From the NCBI GenBank assembly GCA_016192455.1, contig JACPUC010000029.1, forward strand, positions 62,001 to 126,000: DNA of 64,000 nt, read 5' to 3'. Within the stretch, counting starts at the first letter, position 1, and every line of letters starts with the position of its first letter. The notes under the pieces were generated by a model. That model was not told the DNA's origin and did not search any database. It saw nothing but the letters and a program-made list of their open reading frames with translations. Both the position numbers and the translations under genes were made by a program. This DNA comes from Candidatus Tectimicrobiota bacterium. GTDB taxonomy: Bacteria; JACPUC01. Of this stretch, positions 39,637 to 49,364 are shown in pieces.

Positions 39637-40959
39637 ATGGCGGCCATTGAGGGGATGGCGCGGCGGGCCAAGGCGGCGTCACTGATTCTGGCTTCGGCGC
39701 CGACGGGGGCGAAGAACGCGGCCCTGGAGCAGATGGCCAAGGCGATCGAGGGGCGCCGCGGCGACATCCTGGCCGCCAATGCCAGGGATGCGCGGGCGAC
39801 GGCGGCGCTCGTGGCGGCCGGGAAAATGTCGCAGCCCCTCCTCGACCGCCTGACGTTGAGCGAGGCGAAGGTCCTCGGCATGGCCGAGCAGGTGCGCAGC
39901 GTGGCCGCCCTGCCCGACCCCGTGGGCCGCGCGCAGTACGCCATGGAGCTTGATGCCGGCCTCGAGCTCTTCCGCGTCACCTGTCCCATCGGCGTCATCG
40001 GCGCCATCTTCGAGTCGCGACCCGATGCCCTGCCGCAGATCGCCTCCCTCTGCCTGAAAGCCGGCAACGCGGTGATCCTGAAAGGGGGCACGGAAGCCCA
40101 GCATTCGAACCGTCTGCTTGCCGAGCTGCTGGCCGCGGCGGCGGGCGGCGTGCCCGGCATCCCGACGGAGTCCATCCAGCTCGTCGAGTCGCGCGCCGAC
40201 GTGCAGGCGATGCTGGCCCTCGATGACTGCATCGACCTCATGGTGCCGCGCGGCGGCAAGGAGTTCGTCCGTTACATCCAGGAGAACACGCGCATCCCGG
40301 TGCTGGGGCACGCCGACGGCATCTGCCACGCCTACGTCGATGCCGAGGCCGACCTCGCCATGGCCCTCGACATCGTTTTTGACAGTAAAACGCAGTACCC
40401 CGCGGCCTGCAATGCGATCGAGACCCTCCTCGTGCATGCCGCGATCGCGCCGCGCTTCCTGCCGGCGGCGGCGCGGCGCCTGGGCGGCGCCGGAGTCGAG
40501 CTGCGCGGCTGCGAGCGCACCGTCGCCCTCGTGCCCTCGTGCACGCCGGCAACCGAGGCGGACTGGCGCAGCGAGTACCTCGACCTCATCCTGGCGGTGC
40601 GCGTCGTCGCCTCCGCCGCCGAGGCCATCGACCACATCAACACCTACGGCTCCCGCCACACCGACACGATCGTCACCAGCAACGAGGAGACGGCGCACCA
40701 GTTCCTGAAAAACGTCGATTCCTCCAGCGTCATGTGGAACGCCTCGACGCGCTTCGCCGACGGCTTCCGTTACGGCCTCGGCGCCGAGATCGGCATCAGC
40801 ACGAACAAGACGCACGCCCGCGGCCCTGTCGGCCTCGAGGGTCTGGTCATCACGAAGTACCTGCTCCTTGGCAGCGGCCAGTGCGTGGCCACGTACTCCG
40901 GCGCCACCGCCCGCCCCTTCACCCACCGGCCCCTGGCGGGCGAGCCGCGGGGTTTGTGA
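39637..40959 (+). CDS. proA: gamma-glutamyl phosphate reductase
   Basis: PIGVIGAIFESRP, ACNAIETLL, NASTRFADG, GAEIGIST and HARGPVGLEGL motifs. Confidence 0.96.
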   Translation: MAAIEGMARRAKAASLILASAPTGAKNAALEQMAKAIEGRRGDILAANARDARATAALVAAGKMSQPLLDRLTLSEAKVLGMAEQVRSVAALPDPVGRAQYAMELDAGLELFRVTCPIGVIGAIFESRPDALPQIASLCLKAGNAVILKGGTEAQHSNRLLAELLAAAAGGVPGIPTESIQLVESRADVQAMLALDDCIDLMVPRGGKEFVRYIQENTRIPVLGHADGICHAYVDAEADLAMALDIVFDSKTQYPAACNAIETLLVHAAIAPRFLPAAARRLGGAGVELRGCERTVALVPSCTPATEADWRSEYLDLILAVRVVASAAEAIDHINTYGSRHTDTIVTSNEETAHQFLKNVDSSSVMWNASTRFADGFRYGLGAEIGISTNKTHARGPVGLEGLVITKYLLLGSGQCVATYSGATARPFTHRPLAGEPRGL

Positions 40960-40993
40960 GACAGCGGCGGCGCGGGGGCGCCCGGCGGATCGA

Positions 40994-43417
40994 TCATCCC
41001 CAGCCGGCTGAAGCCGTGGCCGGTCGTTCCTCTAGCGCGACCGCCTGCATCCTCCGGCTCTCCGCCAGAATCCCCCTCAGCTCCGCGGTATGGCCTTGGG
41101 CGTGATCCGACGTGGCCCACTTCTCCGTCACCTCGAGCGCCCCCTGCCAGTCGCCCGCTTCAAGGCAGCACTTCGCGCTCATGAGCGCCGCCAGCAGGCG
41201 CTGTTCGCTCGGCAGGGTGGTGATGTGCGCCAAGCTGCGCAGGTGGACCGCGGCAGCCGCGAAGTTCTCTGCCTCGCGCTCGAGCTGCGCCAGCGCCCGC
41301 AGGATGTCGGCCTGGACCGGCAGCAGGCGGTGCGCCGCCTCGAGGCTCTCCCGCCCCTCGCGCCGCCGTTCCAGGTGCACGAGCGCCACCCCCCGCAGGA
41401 AGAGCGCCTCGGCGGCCAGCGTGCTGCCCGGCGCCGCCTGCTCCGCCGCCGTCAAGGCCTCGATGGCGCTCTCGAGGCCGCCGGTCCGCAGCCTGCAGCA
41501 CCCAAGACCCATATGCGCCTCGGCATAGCCGGGATCGTGCCGCAGCGCCGTCTCGTACGCCTCCCTTGCCGCCGCGGGCGCGCCGGCGCGCTCCGCCTCG
41601 CCAGCCGCCCGGAGCGCCTCCGCCGCCAGGAGGCTGCGCGTGCTCAGGTGGTAGACAGCCAGGCCGTCGAGCGCGCGCTCGAGACGATACGGCAGGCCAT
41701 AGTGCTTGCTCAGGGCGTCGTGACCGGCGTCCTCCTGTGGCGCGATGAGGACGACCGGCGCGTCGGCGGCCGCGCCGGCGGTCGAGGGCGACGCTTGAGG
41801 AGCCGCCTCGCGGCCGACGGCAACCTGGCGCGGCGGCGCCGCCAGCGCGCGGCCGGTCTCCAGAACGACGAACCCCGAGATGCCGCGTACCACGACGGGG
41901 TCGCCGGGCTGGCTGCGCTGGCGCAGGTAGGAGGCCAGGGCCTCACGCTGGCGCAGCTCCAGCGCGCGAGGATCGTCGGCTCCCCAGAGCGCGTGCGCAA
42001 GCCGGGCCGCATCCCGGCAGCCCCACAGCCGCACGTCCGCGAGAATCAGCGCCAGCCCCGCTCCCACCAGGAGGACCAGGCCAAGGCCGTCGAAGATGGT
42101 GAGCTGGGAGAGTGAGGGGCTGGCCGGCTGGAACTCCAGTGCGGCGGCGAGGCTGGGGCTGCGTTGCCAGGCGGCGATGAGCTCGGCACCCCGCCTGCCC
42201 CAGGCCTGGATCGCCGGTCCCGCCAGCAGCGCTGCGAGCGGCAGGAGCAGGAGGAGCTGGGAAGGACGCCGATCGCGAGCCGCGACGAGGAGGGCGCAGC
42301 CGGCGCCGGCCGCCAGCAGCATCGCCGTGGCGGGGGCCGCGAGGTCAAGCGGCGGAGCGCCGGCAGACGAAGCGACTCCCGCAAGCCGCGCCAGGCGCAC
42401 GACGATGAGCGCCAGTCCCGTCAGCGCCGCCGCGGCCAGGGGAAGGGTGGTCCAGACGAGCGGTTCCCACCAGCTCATCTGCGGGTTCGCCAGCTCCGGC
42501 GGCCGGGGCGGCGGCCCGTTGCGCCGGGCCGGACGCAGCTCCGCCAACCGCTCGCGCAGCAGGCCGGCGATGGGTCGCGGGCTCGATCGCGGGGCCGCGT
42601 TGTTCAGCGCCGCGGCGAGGAGGACCAGGATCACCCCGGCCACGTAGGCCAGCAGATGGGCCGGAAACGACCCCCAATCCGGCGGCGCTCCCAGCATGGC
42701 GATGCCGAGCAGGGCGATGAGCGCCAGGCTGCGTCGCATCCAGATGAGGAGCAAGCCGGCGAGAAGGCCCGCGGCTCCCGCATGCGCCAGCGCCACCGCC
42801 TGCGCCTGGACGAGCGACAGGCCGAGCGTCATGTGGCCCGCAAGCGGCTCCAGGCTCGCCACGCTGAGCTCGATGAGCAGGGCGATGCCGAACATCAGGA
42901 AGAGCTCGACAGGGCAGGTCCAGGCCTCCAGCCGGCGGCTCACGAGGTAGAGCGCCATCAGGAGCGCCGCACCGGCAGCCGGCAGGGCGCCAAAAAGATG
43001 GAAGGCCGTCAAAGAGGTGACGAGGGTTGCCGCCAGGGCGACGGCTGCGGCGGCGAAGAACGCCGCCCCCGCGCCGACGCCGAGGCAGCGCTGCGCGAGC
43101 CGCCAAACCGCAACGGCGAAGCTCCCCTCCTCAGGGCTGACGAGTCCGCCGAGGATCGACCCCGCGGCCGCCTCGGCGCGGCATGCCGCCTGCCCGCTTT
43201 CGCCGAAGAGGCCGAAGCGCGGGAACCGCCAGGCGATCAGCAGCGCCGCCAGGCAAAGGCCGATCAGCGGGATCATGGCATGCCTCGCCGTGACCTCGGG
43301 GGGAGGAGGAGGGTGGCGCCGGCTCCGGGCGCGCATCGCCTCGGCGCGTTCTCGGTCCATCGCGGCGCGGACCGGCGTGCAAGAGCGTGCAGCTCCCTCA
43401 GGAGCAGAGGAGCCCAC
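40994..43417 (-). CDS. polytopic membrane protein with C-terminal TPR repeats
   Basis: Many TM segments in the N-terminal ~480 aa; AREAYETALRHDPGYAEAHMGLG and further TPRs; start uncertain. Confidence 0.7.
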   Translation of the reverse strand: MGSSAPEGAARSCTPVRAAMDRERAEAMRARSRRHPPPPPEVTARHAMIPLIGLCLAALLIAWRFPRFGLFGESGQAACRAEAAAGSILGGLVSPEEGSFAVAVWRLAQRCLGVGAGAAFFAAAAVALAATLVTSLTAFHLFGALPAAGAALLMALYLVSRRLEAWTCPVELFLMFGIALLIELSVASLEPLAGHMTLGLSLVQAQAVALAHAGAAGLLAGLLLIWMRRSLALIALLGIAMLGAPPDWGSFPAHLLAYVAGVILVLLAAALNNAAPRSSPRPIAGLLRERLAELRPARRNGPPPRPPELANPQMSWWEPLVWTTLPLAAAALTGLALIVVRLARLAGVASSAGAPPLDLAAPATAMLLAAGAGCALLVAARDRRPSQLLLLLPLAALLAGPAIQAWGRRGAELIAAWQRSPSLAAALEFQPASPSLSQLTIFDGLGLVLLVGAGLALILADVRLWGCRDAARLAHALWGADDPRALELRQREALASYLRQRSQPGDPVVVRGISGFVVLETGRALAAPPRQVAVGREAAPQASPSTAGAAADAPVVLIAPQEDAGHDALSKHYGLPYRLERALDGLAVYHLSTRSLLAAEALRAAGEAERAGAPAAAREAYETALRHDPGYAEAHMGLGCCRLRTGGLESAIEALTAAEQAAPGSTLAAEALFLRGVALVHLERRREGRESLEAAHRLLPVQADILRALAQLEREAENFAAAAVHLRSLAHITTLPSEQRLLAALMSAKCCLEAGDWQGALEVTEKWATSDHAQGHTAELRGILAESRRMQAVALEERPATASAGWG

Positions 43418-43624
43418 ACTGCGGCGATGTGCAAGGTTCCTGCCACAATGGAGCTTGCTGCTCGCCTTGCATCCTCTCCATCGTGGGGTAGAATGATGAG
43501 GAGGGGAACGTCGTGCGGCGCGGCAACACCTGAGCGGCTCGATTCACGGCGGGGAGAGCGGCGCGGCGGCTCAGGGGCGGACCGCGGAGACGCCCGGCAG
43601 GACAGCCCTTCAGGCGGACGGCGT

Positions 43625-44308
43625 ATGGCGCACAGCAGCGGAACCCTTCGCTACGTTCTGCTCCGCGGCTTGGCCCCGGCGCTCGCCGGCCGCGTCGTGG
43701 CGCGGCGCGAGGCGGCGGTGGACAAGTGGCTCACCGTGCGGCTCCACATCCTGGAGGCGAGTCACCTCGTCACCTACCGGCTCCCCGGCGGCGCCTTCAG
43801 TGAGATTCTCGCCTGCCTGCCCCAGGGACCCGGGGAGGCGCTTGCGGATGGGGGAGGCGGCGCGCTCTTGCCCGGAGCGCAGGCGAGCCTGCTTCACACG
43901 ATCGACGCCTTCACCCCCTTGGAGGACCAATCTCACGGCTCCGCCGAGCGGGGGCGGGCAGCGGTGGCGGGAACCGCGGCAGGCACGGAACGCGTCTACC
44001 GACTCGACGGGGCGCGGTACCAGGTGCGCATCTGGCGCGCGCCGTTGCCTGACCCGGCGTACCACGATCTATTGCGCCGCGTCCGACGGCGCGGCGAGGG
44101 GATCGCCCTGCTGCATGAGTTCGGCGCGCTGCCGTCCGCGGCGCGGAACGCTGCGGGCGGCGCGCCTCCGCCCCTCACTGCGCTCCTCTTTGACGCGCCG
44201 ACGGCGACGCTGCACAGCGCCCACAGCTATCCCGAGGAGGGCTGCGTGGTCCTCTCGGCGAGCCGCATGTCGTGGGAGGGATGGGCGCCTGAAGCGCGCC
44301 GCGCCTGA
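43625..44308 (+). CDS. DUF2617-like protein
   Basis: LHILEASHLV...FSEILAC...LHSAHSYPEEG pattern; located near pspA. Confidence 0.6.
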   Translation: MAHSSGTLRYVLLRGLAPALAGRVVARREAAVDKWLTVRLHILEASHLVTYRLPGGAFSEILACLPQGPGEALADGGGGALLPGAQASLLHTIDAFTPLEDQSHGSAERGRAAVAGTAAGTERVYRLDGARYQVRIWRAPLPDPAYHDLLRRVRRRGEGIALLHEFGALPSAARNAAGGAPPPLTALLFDAPTATLHSAHSYPEEGCVVLSASRMSWEGWAPEARRA

Positions 44309-44396
44309 CGTCGGGGCCGGCGGTTGAGCCGAGGCGCGCCGGGGCGATGCGCCGCGCCCTTGTCATGCGGAGCGCGGGCCCCCACACTAGAGTTGC

Positions 44397-44515
44397 GTCT
44401 CAGAAGTTCGCTCACATCGTTGCGGCGCTGTTCGCTGCATTGGCAAGGGGCTTGTGAGGAACCCATGCTCCCCCACACGCCCATCCCGTAGGGGCGGTTC
44501 GCGAACCGCCCCTCC
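44397..44515. repeat. composite repeat: MITE-like segment plus GTAG-REP palindrome
   Basis: 44397-44487 resembles 34954-35040; 44488-44515 gtaggggcggttcgcgaaccgcccctcc matches 11471-11498 at 27 of 28 positions. Confidence 0.75.
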
Positions 44516-44629
44516 AAGCCGGGGCGCGCGAGGAGACACGGTTCCTTCCCAGACTACGATCAGCCCCCGCGGGCGCGGTTGGGGAGAAGGTCCCCTCTCA
44601 GGATTAGGTGATCGAACGGGGATGAGCGG

Positions 44630-45073
44630 ATGGACATCCTGGCGCGGCTCTACTCGATCGCACGCTCCGCGCTGGGCGCGCAGCTCGAGCGGTGGGAGGC
44701 CAGTCAGCAGCGGCGCGGCGTGGACGACCGCGCGGGCCGGGGGGCTGGGCAGCGCCGGGCGCGGGCCGCGGCAGGGGAGGGCGAACGGGCAAAAGCCGGG
44801 CGCGGCGCCTCGCGGGGGGCGGAGCAGGCGGGCGACCCTAGCCGCCGCGGTGCCTACGATCGCCACTTGGCGCAGTGTTACGCGAACCTGGAGCTGCCGT
44901 ACGGCGCCGATCTCGAGACGGCGCGGCGGCGCTGGAAGGCGATGCTGAAGAAGTACCACCCCGACCTGCACGCCGCCGACCCGGAGCGCCAGCGCATCGC
45001 CACACAGATCACGCAGGAGATCACCGCGGCGTACCGCGCCATCGAACAGGCGCACGCAAGGCGAAACCGCTAG
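44630..45073 (+). CDS. C-terminal J-domain protein
   Basis: CYANLELPYGA...WKAMLKKYHPDLH...EITAAYRAI. Confidence 0.85.
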   Translation: MDILARLYSIARSALGAQLERWEASQQRRGVDDRAGRGAGQRRARAAAGEGERAKAGRGASRGAEQAGDPSRRGAYDRHLAQCYANLELPYGADLETARRRWKAMLKKYHPDLHAADPERQRIATQITQEITAAYRAIEQAHARRNR

Positions 45074-45202
45074 CGCAACAGCGGCGCGGCGGGGTGGGGC
45101 AACCCGGCGCGCGGCGGCGCAACGAAGACCGTTCGCGGCAGTGGCGGACGGCGTCCACCGCTCCGCCACAACCCGCGCCAAGGGGAAGAAGGGGGAAACA
45201 GG

Positions 45203-45610
45203 ATGTCGGAGCGATTCGAGCTCGTGAAGAGCTACCTGGCGGAGATCGGCATCCCGATCACCAGCGAGGTCCCCGCGGAAGAACTGGTGATCGTGCAGGA
45301 TGAGGAGCGCGGTATCGCCGATATGATCATCGACTGCGAGGAGAGCATCCTCACCATCGAGCAACCAATCCTACGGGTGCCGGCGAACCCCGGGGACCTC
45401 TTCAAGCGCCTGCTGCAGATGAACCGCACCCTCGTGCACGGCGCCTTCGTGCTCGATGAGGACGGGCGCGCCGTCCTCTTTCGCGACACCCTGGAGCTTG
45501 CAACCCTTGATCGCAACGAACTGGAAGGCTCGATTCAGGCGCTCAGCCTGGCGCTGGCCGAGTATGCCGAGGAGCTGCTGACGTTTGCGCGCCAGGGCGC
45601 CTCGGCGTAA
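45203..45610 (+). CDS. YbjN/CesT-like chaperone-fold protein
   Basis: LFKRLLQMNRTLVHGAFVLD...LFRDTLELATLDRNELEGSI. Confidence 0.8.
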   Translation: MSERFELVKSYLAEIGIPITSEVPAEELVIVQDEERGIADMIIDCEESILTIEQPILRVPANPGDLFKRLLQMNRTLVHGAFVLDEDGRAVLFRDTLELATLDRNELEGSIQALSLALAEYAEELLTFARQGASA

Positions 45611-45728
45611 GCGTTGGCCCGGCGACAAGCACCGCTGCGCCGGCGTGCCCCTCGATCGCGGGCAGGGGCGCGGCGATCAGGAGCGTCGAGAGGGAGCGTC
45701 CTGCACAGGGCGCAGGGAGAGGAAGCAT

Positions 45729-46433
45729 ATGGCAGGCATCTTCCAACGTCTCTTCAAGCTTGGGCAGAGCGAGACGCACGCCCTCGTCGATAAGTTCGAA
45801 GACCCCATCAAGATGACCGAGCAGGGCATCCGCGATTTGAAGAAGGACCTGCAGGGCTCGATGCAGAGCCTGGCGCAGGTGAAGGCCCTGGCGCTGCGCA
45901 TGCAGAAGGACGCCGACAACAACAAACGCTTGGCGGCGGAGTACGAGCGCAAAGCCATGCTGCTGCTGAGTAAAATCCAGAGCGGCGAACTCGACCAGGC
46001 GGAGGCCGAACGCCTGGCCACGGAGGCCTTGAACCGCAAGGAGGAGGCCACCCGGAAAGCCCTGGAGAGCCAGAAGGACTACGAGTCCCAGGAGAAGATG
46101 TCCTCGGAGCTGCAGGTGAAGGTGGAGAAGCTCCGCCGCACGGTGCAGAGCTACGAGAACGACCTCACCACCCTGAAAGCGCGGGCCCGCACCGCCGCCG
46201 CCACAACGAAGATCAACCGCCAGCTCTCCACGGTGGACGCCTCGAGCACCCTGGCGATGCTTGAGAAGATGCGCGCCCGGGTGGAGGAGGATGAGTCGTT
46301 GGCCACCGCCTACGGCGGCCTGGTCGATACCGAGAAGTCGGTGGACGAGGAGATCAACCGCGCCCTGGCCGGCAGCACCGGCGCCCCCACCGACAAGCTG
46401 GCGGAGCTGAAGGCGAAGATGGGCATCAAGTAG
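45729..46433 (+). CDS. pspA: PspA/IM30 family protein
   Basis: MAGIFQRL...DKFEDPIKMTEQGIRDLK, coiled coil, LKARA, LAELKAKMG. Confidence 0.92.
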   Translation: MAGIFQRLFKLGQSETHALVDKFEDPIKMTEQGIRDLKKDLQGSMQSLAQVKALALRMQKDADNNKRLAAEYERKAMLLLSKIQSGELDQAEAERLATEALNRKEEATRKALESQKDYESQEKMSSELQVKVEKLRRTVQSYENDLTTLKARARTAAATTKINRQLSTVDASSTLAMLEKMRARVEEDESLATAYGGLVDTEKSVDEEINRALAGSTGAPTDKLAELKAKMGIK

Positions 46434-46650
46434 GCGAGCACCCTTCGTCCCGTGGCCGCCGCGCCAGGCAGGAGCGCGACCGCCCGCGGCCAGCCCACGT
46501 GCTTAGCCGCATGTCACTGATCACCACGGCGTTGGCGGGCGGGGGGAGTCGCTCCCCTCGCGGCGACTGCACGGCATGCGCCTGGACGCGCCGCGGATGA
46601 GCCGGCCGGCGCCCCCACCCCATCCCGCGGCGGTGGGATGCGGCGGCGGG

Positions 46651-47463
46651 ATGAGTCTCCCGCATCCCCTCCCCTCCTGGTTGCGGCGCGGCGTGGAAGA
46701 CATCGGGCACCAGTATCTCTTCTACCCCGAGCGCGAGCACCTCGGCAGCCCGGCGGACCTCGGCCTCGCCTACGAGGACGTCTGCTTCGCGGCGCGCGAC
46801 GGGGTGCGCCTGCACGGCTGGTTCATCCCGGCGCGCGCCGACGCCGAGCTGGCCCACGTCACCCTGCTCTGGCTGCACGGCAACGCCGGCAACATCAGCC
46901 ACCGCCTGGAGAACCTGGAACTGCTGCACCAGCGCCTGGGGCTGGCGCAGTTCATCATCGACTACCGCGGCTACGGCGCCAGCGACGGCGTGATGAGCGA
47001 GGCCGGCAGCTACCTCGACGGCCACGGCGCCGTGGACTGGCTCCTCGGCCGCGACGGCGTCAGCCTCGAGCGGCTCGTCTGCTTCGGACGCTCATTGGGG
47101 GGCGCGGTGGCGGCGGCGCTGGCGCTTGAGCACCGCTTCGCCGGCCTCATCCTGGAGAGCACGTTCACGAACATCCGCGACGTGGTGCGGCGCCTCCTCC
47201 CCTTCCTGCCGCTGGACGCCCTCAGCTTGCAGTATGACACGTTGGCGAAGCTGCCGCGCCTGCACCTCCCCCTCCTCATCCTGCACGGCGACCGCGACGA
47301 ACTCCTGCCCCACGCCATGGGGCGCCGCCTCTTCGCCGCCGCCAACGAGCCGAAGCGCTTCTCCACTCTCAGCGGCGCAGGTCACAACGACACCTACCTC
47401 AGCGGCGACGCTTACTACGAAACGCTGCGCTCCTTCATCGCGGCATGTACGCGGGCGGGCTGA
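46651..47463 (+). CDS. alpha/beta hydrolase (ABHD13/YhfR-like)
   Basis: HGNAGN, DYRGYG, GRSLGG, HGDRDE and AGHND motifs. Confidence 0.92.
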   Translation: MSLPHPLPSWLRRGVEDIGHQYLFYPEREHLGSPADLGLAYEDVCFAARDGVRLHGWFIPARADAELAHVTLLWLHGNAGNISHRLENLELLHQRLGLAQFIIDYRGYGASDGVMSEAGSYLDGHGAVDWLLGRDGVSLERLVCFGRSLGGAVAAALALEHRFAGLILESTFTNIRDVVRRLLPFLPLDALSLQYDTLAKLPRLHLPLLILHGDRDELLPHAMGRRLFAAANEPKRFSTLSGAGHNDTYLSGDAYYETLRSFIAACTRAG

Positions 47464-47528
47464 GGACGGGAGCGCCAGCCCTGCTCCCCGCCGCGGCCCC
47501 ATCCCCTTTCGCCTCCGGAGTCTCTCCG

Positions 47529-48560
47529 CTACTTCTTGGTCACGCCGGCCCGCGCCTGGGCCTTGCGCAGCAGCGAAAGATCGACGTACCTGTTCACCTC
47601 GAACGACTCCTTGATGAACTGCATCTCCGCCAGCAGGTCGATGCTGCGCTGCAGCGCCGGCAGGTCCAGCTCGCCGTCGGGGGCGCGGTAGAAATCGAAC
47701 TGCGGCTTGAAGGCCCAGGCCTCCATGGCCTTGCGGGGCGCCTTCGTGTACCGCGCCGCCAGGTCGAGAGCCTTGTCGCGGTTGGCGGGGTCCCTGAACC
47801 AGCGCAGCCCGATGAGGTAATCCTCCAGGAAGTCGGTGAGCGCCTCGGGGCGTTCCTTGATGGTCTTGTCGAGCACGGTGGACATGAGGAATTCGGTCTG
47901 CCCGACGTAGTCCTTGCCGGTGAAGAGCTGGCGCAGCTTCCCCTTGCTGTCCTCGCGGAAGAAGAGCGAAATGGGGATGATGCCCGCGTCGATCTTCCCC
48001 TGCCGCAGCATCGGCCCCATGTTGGGGAAGGCCACCTCGACGATGTTCACGTCGCGTCCCGGCGCCAGGTTGTTCTTCTTCAACGCCACCTTCAGCATCA
48101 GGTCGATGCCGGCGCCCAAGACGTTGATGGCCACCGTCTTGCCTTTCAGGTCGCGCACCGTCTTGATGGGCGAGTCCTGCGGCACGTACCAGGTTTGCGA
48201 GGTATGTCCTTCCACGCCGTCCCGCGCCGTATCGGCAATGATCCTGATCGGCAGGCGCGCATTCAGGACCGTGTTGGCGAAGCTCGAAAAGGCCAGGTTG
48301 GCGACCTCGAGCTGTCCGGCCGCCATGGCGGCGATCTGCGGCGAGGTTCCCTGGAACTGCAGCGAGGTGACGGTGTACGAGGCGCCGTGGTGTTTCAACA
48401 CCCCCTTCAGCTCGTAGATCAACGGCGTCAACTGACCCACGGCGTTGATGTAGGCGACCCGCAGGTTCACCGGCTCCGCCGCCGCGGCCGGGGGCGCGGT
48501 CACGAGCAGCGCGACGCCCACGAGGAACCACGCTACGAAAGCAAACCGTATGGTGCGCAT
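47529..48560 (-). CDS. ABC substrate-binding protein, SsuA/NMT1-like
   Basis: Signal peptide; DSPIKTVRDLKGKTVAIN and LRQGKIDAG motifs. Confidence 0.88.
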   Translation of the reverse strand: MRTIRFAFVAWFLVGVALLVTAPPAAAAEPVNLRVAYINAVGQLTPLIYELKGVLKHHGASYTVTSLQFQGTSPQIAAMAAGQLEVANLAFSSFANTVLNARLPIRIIADTARDGVEGHTSQTWYVPQDSPIKTVRDLKGKTVAINVLGAGIDLMLKVALKKNNLAPGRDVNIVEVAFPNMGPMLRQGKIDAGIIPISLFFREDSKGKLRQLFTGKDYVGQTEFLMSTVLDKTIKERPEALTDFLEDYLIGLRWFRDPANRDKALDLAARYTKAPRKAMEAWAFKPQFDFYRAPDGELDLPALQRSIDLLAEMQFIKESFEVNRYVDLSLLRKAQARAGVTKK

Positions 48561-48670
48561 CCCTCCCCCTCCTCTTGCGGCACCCGTGCCGCCACGGCCG
48601 TAGGCCGGAACCCGAGCCGAGGTCTCCCCGCGCCGCGGCACCGTCGAAACGCCGCGCGCCTCCCGCCGGC

Positions 48671-49060
48671 TCAGTCAGGGTAGATCGCTTCCGCTTCGAT
48701 TTCGAGATCGGCCGTGCCGATGAAGCCGCTCACCTGGATGGCGGTTCCCACGAAGGTGGGCCGCGGCAGGTACTGCGCGCGCACCGCGTTGACCGTGGGA
48801 AGATCGTTGATGTTCTTGATGAAGGTCGTCAGCCTGGCGACATGGTCGAACGACAGGCCGCAGTGCGCCAGCACCCGCTTCATCCATTCGAAGACCTGCC
48901 GGGCCTGCACCTCGACGTTGCCCACCGCCTCGGGCAAGGCCTCCCAGGTATCCAGGTTCCACTGCCCGGTCATTCCCGACAGGTAGAGGTGGTCGCCCAC
49001 GCGCACGGCCCGGGCGAAGGTGCGGCCTTTTTCATCGCGCAGCAGGACCTCTTTCTTCAT
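48671..49060 (-). CDS. RidA/YjgF family protein
   Basis: AVRVGDHLYLSG, VEVQARQ, NAVRAQY and LEIEAEA motifs. Confidence 0.88.
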   Translation of the reverse strand: MKKEVLLRDEKGRTFARAVRVGDHLYLSGMTGQWNLDTWEALPEAVGNVEVQARQVFEWMKRVLAHCGLSFDHVARLTTFIKNINDLPTVNAVRAQYLPRPTFVGTAIQVSGFIGTADLEIEAEAIYPD

Positions 49061-49364
49061 GGCAGGCTCCTCCGGGGTGGGAACGCGGGAAGCTTCCGCG
49101 GAGCGGGCGCGGCGCCGTCGCGCGCGTGCTGGGGAAGCATGCCACAGCGGCATGGCGCACGCGAACTTCCAGGTCGTCATCCGCCCTGCGCGCGCGTTGG
49201 CCGCTCAGGCCCTCGGCAGGGGGAGCAGACGCCCTTGGGGTGGGAGGCAGGAACCCCGCCCGGCGGCGGGCGCGTACTCCGCCACGCTGCGCTCCCTCAT
49301 CGCCGCCTGCAGGCGAGCGGGGGAAGGCGGGGCGATTGCCTCCTCCCCGCGCTCCAGCCTCGCC

